Positions 47,427 to 57,600 of a stretch of 64,000 bases of DNA are shown piece by piece. Source of the DNA: Pyrinomonadaceae bacterium (GTDB lineage Bacteria; Acidobacteriota; Blastocatellia; Pyrinomonadales; Pyrinomonadaceae). The stretch lies in NCBI GenBank assembly GCA_036389555.1, contig DASVPS010000281.1, positions 7,943 to 71,942 of the forward strand, read 5' to 3'. Below the pieces are notes generated by a model. That model ran no database searches, had not been told where the DNA came from, and was given only the letters and a program-made list of their open reading frames with translations. Numbering within the stretch: the stretch's first letter is position 1; every line of letters starts with the position of its first letter. A program made the translations under genes and the position numbers.

Positions 47427-50400
47427 TCGATCCTCAAAACAGGGATTCCTTATGACTACGCCGTTTTATCCGCCTCTCTCAAGACTCATCGACGCCAGTG
47501 CCATCCCGGGCGACTTTCAGGACTTAGAAGACCTCGCCCAGGACGGCATCGATCTCATCCTTGGCAAGGTCTTCTACAAAGACCTCGTCACCGACGTGTC
47601 CACCGACGGCGTGACCCGTTACTACAGCCTCACCATCCTCACACAGGAACTCAAGCTGCCGCTCCTGGGGTCTGGGATGAATTTGGTCTTCTTCCATGGC
47701 GCCACCACGGGCTTCTCCGAGTTTCCCATCATTTTCGATTGGCGGTGGGAGGTGTACAAGTACATTTCCCGTCTGGAAGAAGGAGGGTTTTCCGCGCTCC
47801 CAGAGGCGTTCGTGGACATACTCCTGGAGTTGGCGGACATAGAGGATCGCAGCGCCTTCATCGGACAGATCGTCGAGGTCTTTCTGAACGATGGCACCAA
47901 TGCTTATCAAGACTTCCTCACCAACCTCATCGCCAGGATCGAGGACTACGACGACGGCAGCGACCCGGGCATCACCACCGAGATCACGAACATCACTACC
48001 CAACTCGGTATCATCCAGACCGAGGTGGACAGCCTGTTGACTGGTTCCAACCTCTACAGCATCGGCTACCTCTACGAGAACTATCAGGAGAACGGCACGC
48101 TGCAGGCCGCAGTGACCTCCATCGAGACCTCTATCGACACCCTCTCCGAGAATTTTCAAATCGACATAGACCTTCTGGGCGACTTCATACACTCGGCTCT
48201 GGGCAACCTCGGCGACCTCGACGAGAAGTTCGACAAACTCGCATGGCTCTTCCAGAGCTGGTTTGACGGCATCACCAAGCAGGACTTCTATGACCTCGTC
48301 GTGCCGCAGTTTTCCCTGGCACTTGAGAACATCAACGCCGCCCTGCAATTCCCGCGCAACTGGCTGCTGCCTGTGGTCGAAGACCCCGTGGCTTCCGGTA
48401 ACTGGGTGGAAGACCCAGACCCCAACAAGATGGCGGCCGTCGTCTTCACTATCGGCACCCTCAAAGTCTCGACCAAGAAGGGCTTTGAGTTTGAGAACCA
48501 GTCCAGCTTCAGCTTTGACCGAGCCATGATCGGCAAGACCGGAATCTTGCTGCAGTTCGACGGCCTGAAGGTGGACATGAGCAAGGCTTCCAACATCTCT
48601 GAGGCCGATGCCGACGGGCGGCCGGAAGACTTCATGGGGATGTATGCGGAAAGCGCCACCGTCACCCTGCCCGCTAAATGGTTCAAGGAGCCTGACGGCA
48701 CCAATGCCGAAATCTTCGGCGAGAAGCTGCTGATCGGAACCGGCGGCGTCTCCGGCAGGATCGGCCTGCGCGCGCTCGGCGGCGACAACATGTTCTGGGT
48801 GAAGCTCGGCGAAAGCTCCGGCTTCGAGTTGGGCTTCAGCAGCTTCGACATCCTCTTCAAGCAAAACAAGGTCGAGTCTTCCAACATCTCGGCCGCGATG
48901 AAGATCGCCAGGTTCGTCTATCCGGCAGGCCACGCCGACGCCGGGCAACCCGTCGAGATCGGCGTCACCGGCCACATCCACGACGATGGCGACTTCAACC
49001 TGACTGCTTCCACCGAGCCGCCCTTTCCCATTGAGTTGGAGGATGTGTTCGTCTACCACATTCGCAGCCTGGAACTGGGTCGCGACGACGACCAGTACTA
49101 CCTCGGCACCTCCGGCAAAATAGAATTCCAGGGCTTCCTGAAGGACACCTTAAAGCTGGGTGCCATCGAGGTGGAGAAGCTGCGTATCTACAGCGATGGC
49201 AGCATCGAGTTTGAGGGTGGGTCGATCAACCTTGTCGAGCCTATCGTGCTTCCGCTCGGCCCCGTGGAGATCACGGTCACCGCCATCCACTATGGGTCGC
49301 ACCAGAAGGAAGTGAGCGGCGTCATGCGCAAGTTCAACTACTTCGGTTTCGACGGGGGCGTCAGCGTAGACCCGCTCGGCATCGAAGTGCGGGGCGACGG
49401 CGTGAAGTACTACTACTGCACGGACGACCTGCCGAACAAGCCTTCCCCTTATCTTCATATCCAGACCCTCTACCTCGACCTGACGATCCCGGCCTCTTCG
49501 CCGGCTGTGATCCTGAACGGGTGGATCTCGATCCCGGAACCCGGCATCTCGCCCGAATACGCGGGCGGTATCAAGCTACAGATCCCGCAGGCCAAGATCG
49601 CCGGCGGCGCGGACATGAAGCTGATTCCACGCTATCCTGCCTTCATCGTGGATGCGAGCATCGAACTGCCCGCGCCCATCCCTCTCGGCCCAATCGCCAT
49701 CTACGGTTTCCGTGGCCTGATCGGGTATCGCTACGTGGCGGAGAAGGAAGCCATCGGACTGCAATCCGGCGTGCATAGCTGGTACGACTATTACAAGCAC
49801 CCGCCCCGTGGCATTCACGTAACCAAATTCAGCGGCCCCGACCGCACCAAGACCTCCGGGACACCATTCTCGCTGGGCGCGGGGGCGAGCCTCGGCACCT
49901 CGCCGGACAACGGCACGATCCTGAACATCAAGGCCATGATCCTGCTGTCTATCCCCTCCTTATTCATGATCGACGGGCGGGCGGCGGTGCTCAGCGCCCG
50001 CTTGGGACTAGAGGACACCAAGGAACCGCCTTTCTTTGCCTTCATCGCCGTGGGCGACAACTCGCTTGAGTTCGGCTTCGGCGCCGACTTCAAGATGCCC
50101 ACGAGCAGCGGTGACATCATCACCCTGTTCGCCGAGGTGCAAGCCGGGTTCTTCTTTAACGACTCCTCCAAGTGGTACGTCAACTTCGGCACGAAGACGA
50201 ACCCCATCACCGCCAAGATCATCCGCATCCTCACGATCAAGAGCTACCTCATGCTCAGCGCCAAGGGCATCGAGGCGGGTGCGCGCGGTGAGTTGAGCTT
50301 CAAACGCAGCTACGGCCCCATCAAGGTCAATGCCTGGGCTTACATCGAACTGGGCGGCAAGATCAGCTTCGAGCGCCCGCAGTTCGGAGCGTACATGGCC

Positions 50401-53400
50401 GCAGGGGTCGGCGCCGACATCGACATCAAGATCGTGAGCCTGTATGCCTCCTTCGATGTGCTCTTCGGCGTTGAGGGAGCCAAGCCATTCAAGATATATG
50501 GTGAATTCAAGCTGTGCGTGAAGATCAGTATCTTCTGGGTCTTCTCGTTCAAGTTCTGCGGCAACCTTTCCATCGCCTGGGAGTTCAACTCGACGGTGGA
50601 TCGCACGCCGGTGAACCCCATGCTCAACGCGAGCAGCGCCACCTCTATCAGCGAACTGGTCAAGGGCGTGAACATGCTCTCCAATGAGACCTTCGGGTTG
50701 GCCTTCCTGGGGACTGGCATCCCGGCCAACCGGCCGACGGCCGTGTTGCAGAAGATTATCCCTCTGGATACATACATCGACTTCAAGAGCGAGAAGGGTT
50801 TGATCCCGAATGCCGTGAGCGCCGTCATCGGCGGCGTCACCAACCCGCCCCTGCGCTATGAAGACCTGGTTCCGCCCGACAAGATCATTCGCGGCAAGGA
50901 GGTGCGGCAGGTGAAGCACCAGTACTCCGTGACGAGCGTGGAGATCAAGTCCTGGAACCCCAGCACCAATAGTTGGCAGGATTACAATCCCTGGAAGGCG
51001 CTCTACCCTTCCGACCCCGCTCTGGATGCTCTGCGCGCCGGGCAGTTCCAGAAGACGGACGGGCAGTACAACACCATTCGCCTCCTCGGCACCTCTCCCT
51101 TCTCTTACACAGAGCAGGGTCAGCCGGGCTGGTACATCCCCGAACAGAACGGCCTCACACCCGGAGTGCTGTTCTGCCAGGGGGAGGCCAGGGTGGAGCG
51201 TTGTGCGGATTTTCTGGAGAAGCCCCTGGGTCATCGCTACTTCTGCCCGGACGACAACAGCCTGTTCTACTCCAACCAAGTCGCCTTCCTGTTGCTCGAT
51301 CATCAACCGTCCGGGTTTGCGGAGATCGTAGCCGCGCCTAATGTGTTCGGATTTGCCCGTTCGCTGCGCATCCGAAACACCCACCGGCTTCAGGTGCGTT
51401 TGCCGCATCCGTCCGTGCTGATCACCCTGCGTATGACTACACAGGCGCAGCGCGTGCGGGTGAACTACTTTGCCTCCCTGCAAGATGACGATGCCATGCA
51501 GGTCGGGTACGGCCACCCTGACCCCGGGGCGGCCGATCCCCTGGCTCCGCATTCGGTGGTGGTGCTCCGCTCAGACCTGAACCAGCCATTGGTCTACGAC
51601 CAGCCGACGTGGCTTCCCGTGACACGGATCGAGGTCGAGCCTATCACCGCCAACGAAGCCCAAATCACGGCGCTGGAAAACCAGATCGCGGCCATCGAGC
51701 ACCAGAACAACCTGATCGCTCTCAGGCTCGCGGAGGGGCAACTTCAGGACACCCGTCCCCTGGAGGCCGAGTTGGAGAAACTGCGCTCCGAGGACTGCGA
51801 ACGCCGCGACACGCAGACCGGCGGTGTCGTCGCAGGCAGTTCGGCGACCTTCGTGAACCAATACACCAACCCCGACCTGACACTTCGTAGCGCCTCTGTC
51901 TTCAATGAGACCACCCAAACCTACGCCTATGCCGTCGGTCGCACCGAACAGCGCGCGGTGGTGATCAAGACCGCCCTCGGCGGCGAGACGGAATGGTGCA
52001 GGCACCTTGAGATCAGCTCCGCACCGCTCAGCTTCTATGAGATCGTCCAACTGGAGGGCAAGGATGGTCTCGGCTATGTGATCAGCGGCTACGACGGAAA
52101 GCGCTTCTTCCTGGTGTGCATCGATACCGAAGGCCGCGAGCGTTGGAGCAAGGAAATTGCCACGCTGGATGCAGACCCGCAAGCGTTGGTGCTGTCCACG
52201 CCCGCTAAGGATGGCTTCTACTTCATCTACTCCGACAGGAACGAACTGGATGCCAGGCTGATGCCGAAGGTGCTCCGGTTCGCCGCCGATGGGACGTTGC
52301 TCATCTCGAGGCAATTGGAGACACCCGAGACTCGCCACCAGGGATTCGTGGTGAACACGGCCGGCGTACACGCCGAAGGTCTGACCGTGGCTGGCAGGCT
52401 GTTGACGTCCACTGGCCTCAAGAGCAGCCCCACCATCGGCAGGAGACCAGCCGGACGGACGCGGCTCGCCTCCGAAGGGCTAACGCTTGGCATCGTCGTT
52501 GACCTCCGCGCCGACCTCCATGTCACGGCGGCCTGGTCTTACGACAACATGACCATCCAGAGCATCGCCGTCTTCGGGGCGGGCAGGTACGTGCTCTCCG
52601 CTTACCACTACGACATCAACGGCATCATGCTCTTCCAGCGCGGGCTATCCACTGTGGATTCCTTCTATGAGGTGCCGCTCACACGCGACATGCAATCGGT
52701 GTTATGCACGAGCGCGGACGGGTTCTACCTCTCCACGCATAACCAGACCCTCGGCCAGGTGTCCAGATTCGACTTGAGGTTCAACGCTGTCTGGACTAAA
52801 GGGATGATTCTGGAAGATAACGAGTTGGGCATCCGTGCCATCTCCTACAACCAGCAGGAATCGCTGCTCAGCTTCACCACACTGGATGTGCCGCTTCTCG
52901 GCGTGTCCGGCCCAGACCTGGATACCTGCATCTCGCTGGAGAAGCCGAGAATCGTGTTGAAGCAGCATGCCCTGAAGTATGGCAGCCTGGGCGTCAGGGC
53001 GGAACTCTTCAGGTTGATCTCGACGCAAACTCAGGGCAAGTGGAGCGACATACGCCCGCAGCGGGTCATGGTCTGCGCCCCCCTCGACCCGACAAAGACC
53101 GCGTGCAACACCCTGCTCCATCAGATTTGCTGGCTGTCGCTGGAGGACTACCAGTACAACATCTTCATCCCCGGACAACCCGCCATAGAAGAGGACACGC
53201 AGGCGACGATCTCCGGCTTGACCGATTACATCCAGCCCATCTGGCGGCCTGACACCTCCTACGCCGTGAGGATCGCGCTCAAAGACCTTGTGGATGACGA
53301 CCCGGCAGCAGCCGGGGATTTCAGCTATGCGTTCGGGTTCACCACGGGCGGCCCGGTCGGTTACTTCCACACCCACCCCAACGCGGACTACGGTGATCCA

Positions 53401-54591
53401 GACCACCCAGACCAGTCGCCCTTGACCTCTCTTCGCCAGTACCTCGACTACGGGCGCTCCTATCCGAACGCCGACGGCAACCTGCTGGGCGCCAAGCCGC
53501 TGTTCTATGATTCGGAGGTGACCAAGATCGACTTGTTTTTCCAGAAGGCATGGGCACGCCATTTCTTTCACGAATGGCCGGCCTACAACGGCCAGCCCGC
53601 AGCGGTCGGCCGCATCAAGATCGTGATCAAAGACCCTGCGGAGGGAACCAGCATCGTGAACCCACCCTATCTGGACTACGACCCGGCCGACACCATTCAC
53701 GTCAACATCCCACAGACGGTGGAGTCCTGGCAGGACGACACAGACCCGTTGGTGCCGCCCGTGTACCAGCAATACCAGCACTTGCTGGAATCGCAGACTT
53801 GCGTGCTGTATGGCGGCCTGACCATCAAGCCCAAGTCCGAGTACACGCAGGTGTTTCCCAAGCACCTCAAGCCGAGCAAGGTCTACACCGCGCTGGTGAA
53901 TAACCTCTATGACATGGACGGGGACGGGAACTTCGATGAGTTGAACGAGGTGCGTGAGGTACACAAATTCGTATTTCAGACTTCGCGCTACAAGGACTTC
54001 GCCGCGCAGATCAATAGCTGCCTGCTGAGCGACGGCGAGGGGGCGAGCCTGGTAACGCGCCCGGCGATCTTCAGCGTGCGCAAGGGTCTGACGCCGGTTG
54101 AGGTCGTTGCCGCTTATGCCAACGTGTCAGGTGCCGCCAACACCCTCGCTGATGGCCTGTCCACTCAATATCAGCACCGGTTCGACCGTCTGATCGAGGG
54201 CATCTTTGCGCTCTCGCCGCTGGAGGCCGCGCAGACCACAGAGTTCAACCTGATACGGAACACCAACGACAGCGACAAAATCGTGGCCGTGCTCATACGG
54301 AACCCGGAGCCTTTCAACAACCCGCGCATGCCGCTGGAAGACGTGCAGGACACCGTGACCGTGCTGGACGGAGCCGGCAACCCTGCTCCGGGCTACCGAG
54401 TCTTGTTTTCGAAGGATTATTCCCAACTGATCGTCATGCACAACAGCCTGGAGATCAACGGCCCCTGGGACATCCGCTTCCAATACAAGCTCTGGGACGG
54501 CTCCGCATATGTGGTGCCCGGCACACCCGATTACAGCACCGATCTTGTCGGCACGGTCGTGGTTAGTGGGCTGGACTTCGCGAGTTTTTGA
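47404..54591 (+). CDS. Giant protein B (2395 aa from ATG 47404; 2379 aa if ATG 47452): uncharacterised, with central coiled coil and propeller-like module
   Basis: Single uninterrupted 7.2-kb ORF. Acidic helical N-region, a long beta-rich middle, and a coiled coil (QITALENQIAAIEHQNNLIALRLAEGQLQ). A ~385-aa module at nt 51847-53085 is homologous to the N-terminus of protein C. No signal peptide, Walker A or HExxH motif was seen. Confidence 0.8.
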   Translation: MPGWPPYDRSSKQGFLMTTPFYPPLSRLIDASAIPGDFQDLEDLAQDGIDLILGKVFYKDLVTDVSTDGVTRYYSLTILTQELKLPLLGSGMNLVFFHGATTGFSEFPIIFDWRWEVYKYISRLEEGGFSALPEAFVDILLELADIEDRSAFIGQIVEVFLNDGTNAYQDFLTNLIARIEDYDDGSDPGITTEITNITTQLGIIQTEVDSLLTGSNLYSIGYLYENYQENGTLQAAVTSIETSIDTLSENFQIDIDLLGDFIHSALGNLGDLDEKFDKLAWLFQSWFDGITKQDFYDLVVPQFSLALENINAALQFPRNWLLPVVEDPVASGNWVEDPDPNKMAAVVFTIGTLKVSTKKGFEFENQSSFSFDRAMIGKTGILLQFDGLKVDMSKASNISEADADGRPEDFMGMYAESATVTLPAKWFKEPDGTNAEIFGEKLLIGTGGVSGRIGLRALGGDNMFWVKLGESSGFELGFSSFDILFKQNKVESSNISAAMKIARFVYPAGHADAGQPVEIGVTGHIHDDGDFNLTASTEPPFPIELEDVFVYHIRSLELGRDDDQYYLGTSGKIEFQGFLKDTLKLGAIEVEKLRIYSDGSIEFEGGSINLVEPIVLPLGPVEITVTAIHYGSHQKEVSGVMRKFNYFGFDGGVSVDPLGIEVRGDGVKYYYCTDDLPNKPSPYLHIQTLYLDLTIPASSPAVILNGWISIPEPGISPEYAGGIKLQIPQAKIAGGADMKLIPRYPAFIVDASIELPAPIPLGPIAIYGFRGLIGYRYVAEKEAIGLQSGVHSWYDYYKHPPRGIHVTKFSGPDRTKTSGTPFSLGAGASLGTSPDNGTILNIKAMILLSIPSLFMIDGRAAVLSARLGLEDTKEPPFFAFIAVGDNSLEFGFGADFKMPTSSGDIITLFAEVQAGFFFNDSSKWYVNFGTKTNPITAKIIRILTIKSYLMLSAKGIEAGARGELSFKRSYGPIKVNAWAYIELGGKISFERPQFGAYMAAGVGADIDIKIVSLYASFDVLFGVEGAKPFKIYGEFKLCVKISIFWVFSFKFCGNLSIAWEFNSTVDRTPVNPMLNASSATSISELVKGVNMLSNETFGLAFLGTGIPANRPTAVLQKIIPLDTYIDFKSEKGLIPNAVSAVIGGVTNPPLRYEDLVPPDKIIRGKEVRQVKHQYSVTSVEIKSWNPSTNSWQDYNPWKALYPSDPALDALRAGQFQKTDGQYNTIRLLGTSPFSYTEQGQPGWYIPEQNGLTPGVLFCQGEARVERCADFLEKPLGHRYFCPDDNSLFYSNQVAFLLLDHQPSGFAEIVAAPNVFGFARSLRIRNTHRLQVRLPHPSVLITLRMTTQAQRVRVNYFASLQDDDAMQVGYGHPDPGAADPLAPHSVVVLRSDLNQPLVYDQPTWLPVTRIEVEPITANEAQITALENQIAAIEHQNNLIALRLAEGQLQDTRPLEAELEKLRSEDCERRDTQTGGVVAGSSATFVNQYTNPDLTLRSASVFNETTQTYAYAVGRTEQRAVVIKTALGGETEWCRHLEISSAPLSFYEIVQLEGKDGLGYVISGYDGKRFFLVCIDTEGRERWSKEIATLDADPQALVLSTPAKDGFYFIYSDRNELDARLMPKVLRFAADGTLLISRQLETPETRHQGFVVNTAGVHAEGLTVAGRLLTSTGLKSSPTIGRRPAGRTRLASEGLTLGIVVDLRADLHVTAAWSYDNMTIQSIAVFGAGRYVLSAYHYDINGIMLFQRGLSTVDSFYEVPLTRDMQSVLCTSADGFYLSTHNQTLGQVSRFDLRFNAVWTKGMILEDNELGIRAISYNQQESLLSFTTLDVPLLGVSGPDLDTCISLEKPRIVLKQHALKYGSLGVRAELFRLISTQTQGKWSDIRPQRVMVCAPLDPTKTACNTLLHQICWLSLEDYQYNIFIPGQPAIEEDTQATISGLTDYIQPIWRPDTSYAVRIALKDLVDDDPAAAGDFSYAFGFTTGGPVGYFHTHPNADYGDPDHPDQSPLTSLRQYLDYGRSYPNADGNLLGAKPLFYDSEVTKIDLFFQKAWARHFFHEWPAYNGQPAAVGRIKIVIKDPAEGTSIVNPPYLDYDPADTIHVNIPQTVESWQDDTDPLVPPVYQQYQHLLESQTCVLYGGLTIKPKSEYTQVFPKHLKPSKVYTALVNNLYDMDGDGNFDELNEVREVHKFVFQTSRYKDFAAQINSCLLSDGEGASLVTRPAIFSVRKGLTPVEVVAAYANVSGAANTLADGLSTQYQHRFDRLIEGIFALSPLEAAQTTEFNLIRNTNDSDKIVAVLIRNPEPFNNPRMPLEDVQDTVTVLDGAGNPAPGYRVLFSKDYSQLIVMHNSLEINGPWDIRFQYKLWDGSAYVVPGTPDYSTDLVGTVVVSGLDFASF

Positions 54592-54621
54592 GGCCAAGTT
54601 ACCCGAAAGAATCTCAAGCAT

Positions 54622-57600
54622 ATGACCTTCGTCAATCAATATATAAACCCTCCGCTCACCCTCGGAAACGCCGCCACCTTCCTGGAGGACAAAGACCCCT
54701 TTCTCTATGCGGTGGGGCATGCCGGCAGGCAGGCTGTGGTGATCAAGACCAGGACCGATGGCTCCACCGTCTGGGCGCATGGGTTGATGATCGGGCAGTT
54801 GGAATTACGGTTTTACGACATCGTGCAACTGCGTGGCACCAAAGGCATCTGCTATGTGATCAGCGCCTACAGTGGCGAGCAGTTCTATCTGGTGTGCATT
54901 GATACGGCCGGGCAGCAGTTGTGGATGGCGGAAGTGTTTACGCGCGATGCCGATCTGCATGTCTTCATGGTGGCGAATGCCAGACGAGACGGATTCTACC
55001 TTGCCTACTCCGACAAGAACGATCTGGACAGCAGCCTCAGCCCCAAGGTGCTGCACATGGATGCAGACGGGAGCTTGCTGGCCGAGCGGCAGCTCTTTGT
55101 TCTCGATGAGAAGCACAATGGCTTTGTTTTGAACACCATTGGCGCGCACGCGGAAGGTCTCATCGTGGCTGGCCGCCTGATCGCGAATCCCTCTATCGGA
55201 TGCACGATGGTCTTGAAGGAAGACCTGACAGGGGAAGTGGTCATGGCCTATCCCGGCATGACCATCCAGAACATGTTGGTCTATTCCGCCGAGCGCTACG
55301 TTGTCTCCGCCTACAGTAATGCCGACGATAGCGTAGTCCTGATGCAGGAAGGCTTCGGCACCCCGGACGAGTACCTTGTGGTTCCCAAGTCTGCGAACAT
55401 GGATTCCGTGCTCTGCTTCGCGTCCAAGGGCTTCCTGCTGTCGGTGTTGAATCCGTCGAGGGGCGAATTGTATTTCGTAGACCATGATGGACAGGTGCAG
55501 TGGCGCAAAGGCACCGTGATCGATAACAACGCGCTGGGCGTGCGTTCGATGTCTTACGAGCCGGCGCTGGATCGCGTCAGCTTCACCACCGTTGACGTGT
55601 CGCTCCTCGGACTGACGGGGTCGGATTTCGATCCCTGCATCGTGTATCCGATCTCTCACGAAGCGTTCCGCCGCCAGCCGCTCAAGGCGTACCGTCTGCA
55701 GGCTCGCACGGAGGAGTTCAAGGTCTCACTTGAGGGATCGAAAGGGGAGTGGCAGAAGATCGAGACGCGGCCTGTGCCGGTGTGCGACCCGAAGGGGGAC
55801 GTTAAGGATGAGCCGCCGTTGCAAGTGGATCGAAATGCGTTACTTCAAAGTCCGCACTTGTACCTGCAAGCGGCCGGCTCCCTGGGGGCGGACAGCACAA
55901 AGGGAATTCACCTGCGCTGGCTCCTGAAGCGCGCGCTGGCTACACACCTGCCCAAGGCCAACTACGCCGTCCCCTTCGTGAACTTCAACAAGCCCGAAGA
56001 CTTTGTACGCATTTACCGCGCTTCCTACTCGGCTCGCGTGCGTTCGGTGGACTTCAGAGAGAAGCCCCAACTGCTGAACCCTTACGAATGGGTCTATCAG
56101 AGCGCCGGGGAACTCTTCTATTTGTACTTCCTGAATCGTGCGCGGTATGACCAGGTTCGAGCCGGCATTGACCCTGCCCTAGACCCACAGGGATTCCTCA
56201 CTGCCTACGGGAATGCTCTGCTGGAACTGGAGCACAAGACCAAGCTGGCCTTTGCTGTTCAGTTCCTCTTTACGTTCCTCAACTCAGCCAGCGTGGTAGA
56301 CCTGGAATTGCGGAGCGTGGAAGAAAACAAATTCACCGCACCACGCGCCGTGAGCCTCCGGCAGCACTACGTGACGCAGCAACTCAACCAGAAGAAGCTG
56401 TTCAGCGAGAACATACGCAGCGTCCGCTTCAGGGCTAGTCAAGCCGTACTCATGCAGGTGTCGTTTGAGTTTTATGCCGACTACCTCTCTGCCTCTCTGG
56501 AGCAGGGCGGATGGAAGTTCATCGGGGAATACGCGCTCACCAAGGACAATGTGGTGGCCTTCCAAAGACTGGAACCCACGCCGGGGAGCGTCCATGGCAA
56601 CTGGCTGCGCTATAACGACGGCGCTCATGTCAACATCGACAACTACCGGCAGAAGTGGGACTCCGGCGCACTGCCTCCAGAGAACCGCATCCGGGAAACC
56701 GTGAAGAAGTACATCGCACTCAGCGACGACCCCACCAACCCCGAAGCGAAGGAGTTGATCTTCTACAACGACCCTGCCGCCACGCCCATTCCCGGTTTTG
56801 AGCCGGAGGAGGACTTCGACCCATCCGATAACCAGTTCGAACTCTCCAACTTGTTCTTACTACAGATCGCCTCACTGGACTATCACATTGCCCGCATGCT
56901 CGGTCTGGGAACGCTCGACCTGAGCGTTGACATCATGGCAGGGTCATATGTGTACCTTGCGGAATACATCACGCTCGCAGACCTTCAGGATGGATTGGGT
57001 GCGCGACGGGTTCAGCACCTCTACATGTCGCTTCCGACCTCGTTGCAGGATCAGCGCCGTCCCCTCCCCGTCGATCTCAAAGAGCCGGTTCCGGGTGTGA
57101 TCTTCGGCCCCGACACGGAAGCCCCGGCCGTGCTCACCGATAGCGATGGTTACTCGCAGGACGGGCATACGCGCTACCTCTCGCTGTTTCACGAACCCTT
57201 GCCCGAAGAACCCGTAGACGCCCCGTTCTTCCAGCCCGCCTTCCTCTTCGTCAGCGCCGAACGCACCCTGCCTGTGTACGCGGGCATCGAGTATCGTCAA
57301 ACCGGAGCGCCGGATTGGGTGAAGCCAGAGTTGCCTTTCGATCCGGCCTGGCTAAATGTGGATGCCACCGTGAGCGACGACTTCAAGCAGGAGACCCGGC
57401 ACGTTGTCATCCCCGATCCCCTCTATCCTGTGTTCGTCCACCGTGAGCGACAGACCGGCTGGCACGACTACAGCTCCTACGGCATCAACTGGTTCAGCCG
57501 GGCTACCGCAAGCGCCGTGGTGCAGTCCATAGAGACCAACATCATACCCAACAACCTGCTGCTGCCGCCCACCAACGTGAACGCCCTCCTGGTGGTGCGG

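Noticed and set aside
47524-53964. Three long minus-strand ORFs (511, 514 and 420 aa) inside giant protein B, and 54805-55659 inside C
   Set aside because: The plus-strand frame is uninterrupted for 7.2 kb and 5.9 kb and shows paralogy between B and C. The antisense translations are low-complexity (D/E/G/R/V/H-rich), so they are treated as shadows. Their length in a somewhat lower-GC region is worth a check against RNA-seq or Ribo-seq.
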